Part shown: positions 24,099-31,412 of the stretch, piece by piece | Numbering within the stretch: the stretch's first letter is position 1 | Layout of the letters: each line of letters opens with the position of its first letter | From: Candidatus Methanophagaceae archaeon | Lineage (GTDB): Archaea > Halobacteriota > Syntropharchaeia > Alkanophagales > Methanospirareceae | Assembly: GCA_003194425.1 (NCBI GenBank) | Contig: PQXB01000001.1 | Span: 1,049,810-1,081,809, forward strand | Length of the DNA: 32,000 bases | Direction of reading: 5' to 3' | Notes under the pieces: model-generated | What the model saw: only the letters and a program-made list of their open reading frames with translations | Databases searched by the model: none | What the model was told of the DNA's origin: nothing | Position numbers and translations under genes: made by a program

Positions 24099-25193
24099 AT
24101 GATTCCAGTAGCAGAACCTTCTTTAGGTGAAGAAGAGCTGGCAAATGTGACAGAAGCAGTAAAGAGTGGTTGGATTTCATCAAAAGGGAGATTCATTGAA
24201 GAGTTTGAAAATGAGTTCGCCAAATATTGCGGTGTAAAATATGGCGTTGCAACTTCTAACGGGACTGTTACATTACATTTGGCATTGAAAGCACTCGGAA
24301 TTGAAGCCGGAGACGAAGTCATCGTTCCTGATTTGACTTTCGTTGCAACTGCAAATGTAGTTACCTACTGTAATGCAAGACCTGTTTTTGTTGATTCTCA
24401 TCCACAGTACTGGTGTGTAGATCCAGAGAAGATTGAGGAAAAGATTACGCCAAAGACTAAAGCGATTATGCCTGTTCATTTGTACGGGCATCCTTGTGAT
24501 ATGGGGATGATATTGGAAATTGCAGAAGATTATGATTTATATGTCGTAGAGGACGCGGCAGAATCGCATGGTGCCGAGTACAAAGGGAAGAGAGTAGGCT
24601 CATTCGGTGAGATAAACTGCTTTAGTTTTTACGGAAATAAAATAATATCTACAGGAGAAGGAGGAATGTGTGTAACAAAAGACGAAGAGCTCGCAGGAAA
24701 AATGAGAATCTTGAGAGATCACGGAATGAACCCTAACAAGAGATATTGGTACGATGTTGTTGGGTACAACTACCGGATGACGAATTTGCAGGCAGCAATT
24801 GGCGTTGCCCAGCTAAGGAAACTTGACAGGTTCGTAGAGAAAAAGAGAGAGATTGCGAGGTTGTATGAAGAAGGGCTGTCAGAATTAGCTGAAAGGGGGT
24901 TGATAAAATTACAACCAGAAATGGCTTGGGCGAAGTGCGTTTATTGGATGTACTGCATTTTAATTGAGGATAAATTTGGTAGAAGTAGAAATGAATTGAT
25001 GAAGAAATTAGAAGAAAACGGAATAGAGACGAGACCGTTCTTTTATCCAATGCATCTAATTCCGCCTTACGAGTCTAATAAGGCTTTTCCTGCTGCCGAG
25101 CAAATATCAAGAGAAGGGATTAATTTGCCTTCTGCTGTGGGTTTAAAAGAGGAAGAGATAAAGTTTATTTTGGAGAAGGTAAAATCAGGTTGA
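24099..25193 (+). CDS. DegT/DnrJ/EryC1/StrS-family PLP-dependent sugar aminotransferase (GDP-perosamine-synthase-like by context)
   Basis: IPVAEPSLGEEE...VKSGWISS.G....FE.EFA...G.KY....SNGT.ALHLAL...FS.F.GNK.I..GEGGM are family motifs. It lies next to gmd. Confidence 0.88.
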   Translation: MIPVAEPSLGEEELANVTEAVKSGWISSKGRFIEEFENEFAKYCGVKYGVATSNGTVTLHLALKALGIEAGDEVIVPDLTFVATANVVTYCNARPVFVDSHPQYWCVDPEKIEEKITPKTKAIMPVHLYGHPCDMGMILEIAEDYDLYVVEDAAESHGAEYKGKRVGSFGEINCFSFYGNKIISTGEGGMCVTKDEELAGKMRILRDHGMNPNKRYWYDVVGYNYRMTNLQAAIGVAQLRKLDRFVEKKREIARLYEEGLSELAERGLIKLQPEMAWAKCVYWMYCILIEDKFGRSRNELMKKLEENGIETRPFFYPMHLIPPYESNKAFPAAEQISREGINLPSAVGLKEEEIKFILEKVKSG

Positions 25194-25948
25194 TGTTTTT
25201 TAAAAAAGAGGTGATAAAAATAAATTCTCTTCACAGTAAACTTTCAAAAGCGTTAAAAGAGCCTAAATCGGCATTGGATTATCTTTTCAGAATGCGGAAA
25301 CTCAGCACTTTCTTACCTGAGCTACCTGACCTCAAGAATAAAGAAAGACTTAAAATTAAAAAGTTCTTTGAAGAGGCGAGTGAAGTTAGAGCGGAAGTAG
25401 AGGCAGTTTTCAATCCTTCTTCGGCTGCGTGCAGAACGCCTGATTTGGAAGTCCGCCTCTTGCCGCCGTCTGTTATTTACAGCGTTGTGAGAGCGACGAA
25501 GCCCGAGATTGTTGTAGAGACTGGGGTCAACAACGGAATTTCTACCTATTTTATCCTAAGTGCGTTAGAGCGTAACGATTCTGGGCTGCTCTACTCGATA
25601 GACATAAAAGAGAAGATTGTTTCAAACAGATTTAAAGAAGAGAAGGAAATAGGGTGGCTTGTTCCCGAGGAGCTTAGAAGAAGGTGGACTTTCTTGCTTG
25701 GCGATAGTAAGGAGGTGCTGCCGAGAATTTTAGCTGAAGTTAAGAGAGTGGATATTTTTATGCTTGACAGTGGGGATACTTACGAGCATAAATGTTTCGA
25801 GTTTAGAACCGCTTGGAGACACTTGCGAGAAGGAGGTGTCCTCCTTTCAGACGATATTTTTCTGAACAAGGCATTTGAGGATTTTATAAAAGAGGTGAAA
25901 CCTTCTCGCACTGCTACTTTCTCTTTGCTTGGGCTTTTAAGGAAATGA
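25193..25948 (+). CDS. Class I SAM-dependent methyltransferase (Methyltransf_24/CmcI-like)
   Basis: The VVETGVNNGIST... glycine-rich loop and MLDSGDTYEH are present. ATG 25193 overlaps the DegT stop (tgATG). Confidence 0.6.
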   Translation: MFFKKEVIKINSLHSKLSKALKEPKSALDYLFRMRKLSTFLPELPDLKNKERLKIKKFFEEASEVRAEVEAVFNPSSAACRTPDLEVRLLPPSVIYSVVRATKPEIVVETGVNNGISTYFILSALERNDSGLLYSIDIKEKIVSNRFKEEKEIGWLVPEELRRRWTFLLGDSKEVLPRILAEVKRVDIFMLDSGDTYEHKCFEFRTAWRHLREGGVLLSDDIFLNKAFEDFIKEVKPSRTATFSLLGLLRK

Positions 25949-25960
25949 AGGAAAGGAAAA

Positions 25961-27541
25961 TTACAAGAACCTGCTTATTATTTTCCTTACCCACTCGGAC
26001 CTCGTTCCCAACCGCTCGTCTAATGCTCGCATAATAATCAAATCCTCCTCTTCAAAGCATTTAAAAATCAAAAGCAAGAAGAAATAAAGAACGACAAAAA
26101 CGAGAAGCATTCCTGCCACCGAGACTACTTTCGAGAATAAAAAAAGACCAACTAGATATTCCGTCGCTGCATAAACAACCGCAACTGAGATTACAGCGGC
26201 TAAAACAGGTTTTACATAATTCACACGATAAGGTTGCATCCTCGCAATCAGATAGACAAAAGCTAAATAAACTACATTCATTAACGCAAGCGAAAGACCG
26301 GTCGCAATTGCCGCTCCGTTTATTTCGTAGAGCGGAATAAGAAGAAGATTCAAGACAAAATCGGCTGTTGCACCAACAAAACTGCAGCACATTATTATTT
26401 TTGTTCTTCCGTAAGCCGTCAAAACCGAAGTTGTCGGACCCACCAAAGAGGTCACCAAGTACCCAAAGGCTAAAATAGAAAGAGCAAGCGCACCTCTAAC
26501 AAACTCTTCTCCAAACATAATTCTCATTATGAAATCCGAGAAAAGAGCCATTAATAAAAATCCGGGTAAAACGAGCGAGACAATCCATTTTGTTATCACA
26601 CTGTATGTTTTTTTCAGATCGTTTAGCATCTTTGTTGCATAAAGTTCAGTGACAACAGGCATAAAAATTGCTGCAAAAGCTGTAGAGACGATGCTCAGTA
26701 ATCTCGCAGTAGAGAGTGCTGCGTTGTAGATTCCCACTGTGGAAGCCGTAGAAAAATACCCGAGCATAAGCGTGTCGATCCAGTACATTACCAACCCGGC
26801 AATGCCCACAAAGATGAGAGGGAAAGAGAATGAGAAAATCTCCCGATCTATTGAGACTGCTTTTACTCTGCTTTTGAAAATCGGAAATACCTTCTTCTCG
26901 AGGAAATAAAGAGCCAAGAAAGGCATCAACACGATTGCAAGAACCCAGCCGAGAGCGACGCCTGTTACTCCAAAGCCCAACACGAGAAAGGCGACCATCG
27001 CAATTAATTTGAATAAATTTTGGAAGAGGTCGTCCGTGTAGACTTTATATTTCAGGGTTTGAAACCCAATCGTTCCTGCTATGAAACTCTGAGATAAAGT
27101 CAAGAAGGGAATACCGATTGAGAAAATCCTTAAAACTGGTGTTAGCCTGGGTTCGTGAAAAACATTAGTAGAAATCCAATCTGCACCAAGGAGAACAAGT
27201 GTCGCGGAAATAAGGCTTAAAGGAAAGCTAATTTTAAATGCGCTTAGAATTGTGCCTTTTATCCTTCCTTCGTCGCCCTTTCCCTTGTAAAATGAGGTGA
27301 ATCGTCGTATCCCCGAGGGCAAGCCAACCGAGGAGAGCGTAACTGCAATTGACATTCCTGCGAAGCCGAGTGAGATCAAGCCGTAGTCAGAAGCACCAAG
27401 AAATCTTGCGATGATTATTCTTGAGAAATAGCCGAAGACCATTCCGATGAAAGTTCCGGTGAAGCCTACTCCTGCTCCTTTGGCGATTTTTCGCAGCGAT
27501 TCGTTTAGATGTGATTTTTCATTTTCGCTTGGGATTTTCAT
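25961..27541 (-). CDS. Polysaccharide/oligosaccharide flippase (Wzx-like, MOP superfamily)
   Basis: 526 aa and about 12-14 predicted TM helices. The N-terminal ...LRKIAKGAGVGFTGTFIGMVFGYFSRIIIARFLG..DYG is typical of the Polysacc_synt family. Confidence 0.8.
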   Translation of the reverse strand: MKIPSENEKSHLNESLRKIAKGAGVGFTGTFIGMVFGYFSRIIIARFLGASDYGLISLGFAGMSIAVTLSSVGLPSGIRRFTSFYKGKGDEGRIKGTILSAFKISFPLSLISATLVLLGADWISTNVFHEPRLTPVLRIFSIGIPFLTLSQSFIAGTIGFQTLKYKVYTDDLFQNLFKLIAMVAFLVLGFGVTGVALGWVLAIVLMPFLALYFLEKKVFPIFKSRVKAVSIDREIFSFSFPLIFVGIAGLVMYWIDTLMLGYFSTASTVGIYNAALSTARLLSIVSTAFAAIFMPVVTELYATKMLNDLKKTYSVITKWIVSLVLPGFLLMALFSDFIMRIMFGEEFVRGALALSILAFGYLVTSLVGPTTSVLTAYGRTKIIMCCSFVGATADFVLNLLLIPLYEINGAAIATGLSLALMNVVYLAFVYLIARMQPYRVNYVKPVLAAVISVAVVYAATEYLVGLFLFSKVVSVAGMLLVFVVLYFFLLLIFKCFEEEDLIIMRALDERLGTRSEWVRKIISRFL

Positions 27542-27552
27542 TTTTATCTCGC

Positions 27553-28962
27553 TTAACTCTTTAACCCTGTCAGAATCCGCTTCAAAGTCTCCTCGTCTGA
27601 CGGGTAGTCGCAGTCCAGAACCTTCTCGAGCCGTAGAGGTAGACCGTCCATTCTGTAGGCGATTCCGCCAGTCTCGACGCCTGTAATCGCGGTAGGAAGC
27701 ACGACAGAAGCGAACTGCGTGGTTGGGGTCTCGAAAGGGTCGATTAGAATTAGAGGCAACTCGCAGTCGCAGAGTCTCCTCGCTGCGTCCTTCGGGAAAG
27801 AGGAGAAAGGGTCTGCACCAACGACCAACGCTGCGTCCACCTCGCCTCGCTTCAGCACGTCCAGAACCGTCGTCCTGCCAGGCTCGAAGATTTTGTCAGG
27901 TGGCTGCGAGCCACGCGAGAAATCGACCCCAAAAGGGTAGCCGGTCTCGCGCAAGAGGAGTTGCACCGCACCAGTCACATTAAAATGCCCCTTCATCGGA
28001 AAGAGCACGAACCGCACGCCCGCGCGGTTGAGCGTCTCAACCAAAGACAAAATCGCCTCGATCTTCTTCGCAGCACCCTCGCTTGCGAGAACACCGAGTC
28101 CCACGAAAATAACGCCGTAAAACGCTCTCTTCAGTCGGTCTGCGATTTTTACAAGCTCTTTCAACTCGCTCGGCTCGCTCGTCCTGCTCGGCTCCCCTAC
28201 CTCGCCCTTTACCAGCCGCTCCAAAGTCTCCGCTATTTTCGCGTCACCCCCTTCGTCTCCTTCTCCCTCTCCACCTCCGGGCTTCACTTGTAAGAACCAC
28301 CTCGAGACCTTCTTCAACTCGCTCTCAACCACTTCAACACAAACCACCTCCCTGTCCAAGACGCCTCTCATCGCGTACCTCCCTACAGGGTAGACCGAGA
28401 ACTTGGAGAGGTGTCTCGGGTGCGAGGCAACAGGATTCGCACCCCAGTAAACTACAACGTCCGCGTTCTCCCTTATTTCGTCGAGCAGTGCGTAGTGAAA
28501 AGGGAACCTCCCCTTTTGCAACGCCGAGTACAAGAGGCTGTGGCAGACCGACTCCGAGGTGTCAAAGACGCCGCGCTTGAGTTTCGCGATCTTAAGTGCC
28601 ACGCGCTGTGCCTCGTACCCGCTGTTGCAAAGTCCGTAGACAAGCGGTTTCTTCGCTGTCCGCAGTATTTCAACCGCTCTTTGCACCGCTTCTTCGTAGT
28701 CTGTTTCTTCGCCGTCTACTCTTGGCTTTTTTATTCTTCGCTCGTCAGTCCTCTCTGCACTCCCTGCCGCTGCCGACCGAAATTTTGCCACACCGAGTTT
28801 GCAGGCGTTTTTTACCCCCGTTATTTTGTTTTTTTCGGCGTCCACCGAAATAACCAAGTCGTCGCAGAGACAGGCACAGAAGGGGCACACCGCAGCCTCC
28901 GTTACCCTTTCCCTTCTTTTCGGAGGTAGTCGGGCGTTCACCTCACCGCCAAGTCTTGACAT
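27553..28962 (-). CDS. fwdB: Formylmethanofuran dehydrogenase subunit B (molybdopterin-binding; Cys rather than Sec type), orphan
   Basis: VCPFCACLCDDL...NACKLGVAKF...AKKPLVYGL...EAQRVALKIA...DVVVYWGANPVASHPRH matches FwdB/FmdB along its length. No fwdA, fwdC or fwdD is nearby. Confidence 0.85.
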   Translation of the reverse strand: MSRLGGEVNARLPPKRRERVTEAAVCPFCACLCDDLVISVDAEKNKITGVKNACKLGVAKFRSAAAGSAERTDERRIKKPRVDGEETDYEEAVQRAVEILRTAKKPLVYGLCNSGYEAQRVALKIAKLKRGVFDTSESVCHSLLYSALQKGRFPFHYALLDEIRENADVVVYWGANPVASHPRHLSKFSVYPVGRYAMRGVLDREVVCVEVVESELKKVSRWFLQVKPGGGEGEGDEGGDAKIAETLERLVKGEVGEPSRTSEPSELKELVKIADRLKRAFYGVIFVGLGVLASEGAAKKIEAILSLVETLNRAGVRFVLFPMKGHFNVTGAVQLLLRETGYPFGVDFSRGSQPPDKIFEPGRTTVLDVLKRGEVDAALVVGADPFSSFPKDAARRLCDCELPLILIDPFETPTTQFASVVLPTAITGVETGGIAYRMDGLPLRLEKVLDCDYPSDEETLKRILTGLKS

Positions 28963-30406
28963 TAGAAATAATCACAGAACCAGGTTCCGAGTCGCGAACC
29001 GCCCTCTCCAAAGCCGCGTCCAGCCTGTCCGAAAAAAACACCCGCTCGCTCTTCACTTTTATTTTGCCTCTAAACTTCTCGCCCACAATTATTGTCTCCG
29101 CAAACTCCGCCGCCCGCTTCTCAACTACGCCCTTCAGCTCTTCCAACTCCACGCCCTCGCAGACATATTCCGACTCCTCGCCGACGATTAAAATCATTTT
29201 TCCCTTCTCTGAAATCCTCCTCGCCTTCTCCGCTATTTCGTCCAGGAACTTCAATTTCGTGCCCGAGTTGGAGTTGTCGATCAGGAACCGCCCCTTTAGC
29301 TTTCCCACTTTCATCCTGCCTCCTACTGCCGAGAGGTTCTCGGTGCAGACCTCTTCTGGCGGGACGCCGAGGCTCAAGACTGCGCAGAACGCCGCTTCTA
29401 AAGCGTTCTTGTAGTAGTCACCCCCCAAGCCAAAAGCGCTGAACTTTTTCTCGCCGCTTACAGTTAGAGAACCGCGGTTTGCAGTTTTTAGCCCGTTAAA
29501 GACGACTTTGCTCTCGCCTTCGTTTAGCCACAGGTTTGCACCCTCGCCGCCAAAGGTGTTCTCGTTAAACCCGTTTTCTTCACTCTTCTTTGATAAAATC
29601 TTTGTAAGAAAATTTTTTGGGAGGACGACGACGCTTCGGGGTTTGTCTTTGTCTTTACCTGCGTCTGCGTAGTTCTTTAGCGAGGCGATTTTCGCGGCAG
29701 AGGCGTCTTTCGTGCCTCCTGCGATTCTGTAATCTTCGTTCAGACTTGTTACCACGCCGACATCGCCGACCCCTGTCAAACCCAGCGAGACCTCAAAGAC
29801 CGCCACCTCTGGCGTCAGCCCCTTCTCTCTCGCCAGCCTCGCAACTTTCAAGACATTCGCAGGCGTGCCGCCTATTCTGGGAAACCGCACCTCTCCCTTT
29901 TCTCCTCCCTCTCTCCCTCTCCCTCCCCCTCCCGTCCCTTCCCCTCCCGCTGCTGCCGGCCTGAATCTCGTTGCGGAGCTGGTGTGAGAAAGCACCGCCT
30001 TGTCTTTCAGCAGCTGGCAAATTAGTTCGCAGACCGCAGTCTTTCCAACCGTTCCCGTTACTTCCACCACTTTTGTGCCTGCGTTTGTGCCTGCGTTTGT
30101 GCCTGCGTTTGTGCCTGCGGTTGCGAAGAGGTTCTTTGAGTTTAAGGCTGCGATTTCTTTTACCGCGGTGTGGTGCGTCGCAAAGGGAATTCCAGCCTTC
30201 CGAGCCCGCTTTACAACCTCAAAGTTCGGGTTCAAGTGAACCGGTGCGAGAACCAAGTCGTAGTCCAAGTCGCCACTGAACGAGGGTTCTCTGTAAGGGT
30301 TGAAAACCTCCGCGTCTTTGCCAAGTTCTTTCAACTCTTCTGCGATGACTTCTGCCCCGTGAATCGGGTCTAAAACCAAGATTTTTTCCGCTTCTTTTAG
30401 GTTCAT
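28943..30406 (-). CDS. Mur-ligase-family ATP-dependent ligase (possibly coenzyme F430 synthetase CfbE-like; exact function unresolved)
   Basis: The P-loop VTGTVGKT is in the Mur-ligase position, with a C-terminal Mur_ligase_C-like part. The N-terminal ILVLDPIHG... is as I recall for archaeal CfbE-like proteins. The 3' end overlaps the fwdB start by 20 nt. Confidence 0.65.
   Translation of the reverse strand: MNLKEAEKILVLDPIHGAEVIAEELKELGKDAEVFNPYREPSFSGDLDYDLVLAPVHLNPNFEVVKRARKAGIPFATHHTAVKEIAALNSKNLFATAGTNAGTNAGTNAGTKVVEVTGTVGKTAVCELICQLLKDKAVLSHTSSATRFRPAAAGGEGTGGGGRGREGGEKGEVRFPRIGGTPANVLKVARLAREKGLTPEVAVFEVSLGLTGVGDVGVVTSLNEDYRIAGGTKDASAAKIASLKNYADAGKDKDKPRSVVVLPKNFLTKILSKKSEENGFNENTFGGEGANLWLNEGESKVVFNGLKTANRGSLTVSGEKKFSAFGLGGDYYKNALEAAFCAVLSLGVPPEEVCTENLSAVGGRMKVGKLKGRFLIDNSNSGTKLKFLDEIAEKARRISEKGKMILIVGEESEYVCEGVELEELKGVVEKRAAEFAETIIVGEKFRGKIKVKSERVFFSDRLDAALERAVRDSEPGSVIISNVKTWR
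30075..30120. repeat. In-frame 12-nt tandem repeat x3.8 (gtgcctgcgttt, + strand) inside the Mur-ligase gene
   Basis: 30075-86, 30087-98 and 30099-110 are identical, followed by the partial unit gtgcctgcgg. Encodes TNAG x3 just upstream of the P-loop. Confidence 0.93.
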
Positions 30407-30426
30407 TTTCGCTTGCTAAACGCTGT

Positions 30427-30448
30427 GTAACACAAATGTAACACAAAT
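30427..30448. repeat. Perfect 11-nt tandem repeat x2 (gtaacacaaat) in the 5' region of the Mur-ligase gene
   Basis: 30427-30437 equals 30438-30448. It lies 21-42 nt upstream of the start codon at 30406 (minus strand). Confidence 0.85.
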
Positions 30449-30462
30449 GCAAATAAAGTTTG

Positions 30463-31347
30463 CTACGGCGAGAGGGTCAGAAAGACGACGGTGTTGTTGA
30501 CTGGCGGTTCGGGTCGGACCCTGAAATATTCTTTAAACCGGTCGGGCAGTTCCAAAGCCGAACCAGAGGCAGAGGGCGTCTCCAAGAGCCGTCTGAGCCC
30601 CTTCTCGTAGACGCGGTAGGAGACCTTCGTTCCAGCAGGCAGCACCGCTGCGAGGTGGTCAAAAATCTCCCGCTTGGGTTCTGCCGCCGCAGCCACCAAG
30701 ACAAGTTCGGACCGCTCTTTAAGAGGCAGTGAAAAATGGTCGCCCTCGAGAATTTCCACCTGCCCCGAGAGCCCCAGCCTCGCCAGCACTCGTCGTGAAA
30801 GTTCCGCCCGCTCGCGTTCCCGCTCAATTCCAACCCCCCGCAGCCCGTACCGCGCGCAGAGAACAATCAGACTCAAGGGCAGCGGACCGCTGCCGAGAAA
30901 GAGGACGCGGTCGCCCGGTTTTAGTCCTGCTCCCTGAAATTCAGTCCGAGCGAGTTGGATGTAGTTGGGGAAGTAGGCGAAATTTTTTAGCAGTTCCCAC
31001 GGCTCTCTGCTCGCCAGCACGCGTTCCGCCTCTGCGATTTCGAGCCTCAAACTGTAAAGATTTCTGAACCTGACGACAGCCGCAAGCACGGAATTCTGCG
31101 CTGGTTCTCCAAGTTGTCCAAGTTGTCCAAGTTGTCCAAGTTGTCCAAGTTTGCCGACGACCTCCTCCTGCACCGACTGGTCGTCCACCTCAAGCGCAGC
31201 CAACTCGTCAAGTCGGTAAAAAAAGGTTTTAAGGTGGTTCGAGCGGCTGTTAAGGATTTCGCGAGCGGTGAGGTTCTTGGTCGCTTCGTAAATTCTCAAG
31301 AGTTCCGCGATTATTGCCTGTGGCGAATGCCCCTTTCTCTTACTCAT
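30463..31347 (-). CDS. Nicotianamine synthase-like protein (NAS family SAM-dependent aminobutyryl/aminopropyl transferase), copy 1
   Basis: GDRVLFLGSGPLPLSLIVL matches the NAS (I/L)GSGPLPLT motif. Length and layout resemble archaeal NAS-like enzymes (thermonicotianamine synthase type). Confidence 0.72.
   Translation of the reverse strand: MSKRKGHSPQAIIAELLRIYEATKNLTAREILNSRSNHLKTFFYRLDELAALEVDDQSVQEEVVGKLGQLGQLGQLGQLGEPAQNSVLAAVVRFRNLYSLRLEIAEAERVLASREPWELLKNFAYFPNYIQLARTEFQGAGLKPGDRVLFLGSGPLPLSLIVLCARYGLRGVGIERERERAELSRRVLARLGLSGQVEILEGDHFSLPLKERSELVLVAAAAEPKREIFDHLAAVLPAGTKVSYRVYEKGLRRLLETPSASGSALELPDRFKEYFRVRPEPPVNNTVVFLTLSP
30783..30957. repeat. 175-nt segment 100% identical to 31826-32000 (direct, between the NAS paralogues)
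   Basis: Compared base by base. The identity runs to the window edge, so it may be longer. A second patch, 30593-30675, equals 31600-31682 (83 nt). Confidence 0.95.
31108..31152. repeat. In-frame 9-nt tandem repeat x5 (tccaagttg x4 perfect plus tccaagttt)
   Basis: Units at 31108, 31117, 31126, 31135 and 31144. On the minus strand they encode (K)LGQLGQLGQLGQLGE in NAS copy 1. Confidence 0.93.
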
Positions 31348-31412
31348 AGCTTGTAAAACATTATTGTTTCACACTTTAAAAATAAAAGTAAAAACTCTCC
31401 TCCGTTCCTCCG

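Noticed and set aside
12130-27545. The island might be an integrated mobile element or provirus.
   Set aside because: No integrase, transposase, phage structural gene, flanking tRNA or terminal direct/inverted repeat was found. The content is purely glycan/phosphonate biosynthesis.
29885-29960. The pyrimidine-rich tract inside the Mur-ligase gene as a regulatory element.
   Set aside because: It is in frame and coding (GGEGTGGGGRGREGGEKGE on the minus strand). It fits the same low-complexity insertion theme and is an imperfect repeat, so it is not reported as a separate feature.
349-31152. The tandem arrays might be CRISPR arrays.
   Set aside because: The units are 6-21 nt and directly abutting, with no unique spacers. 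Many lie in frame inside conserved genes, and no cas genes are present.
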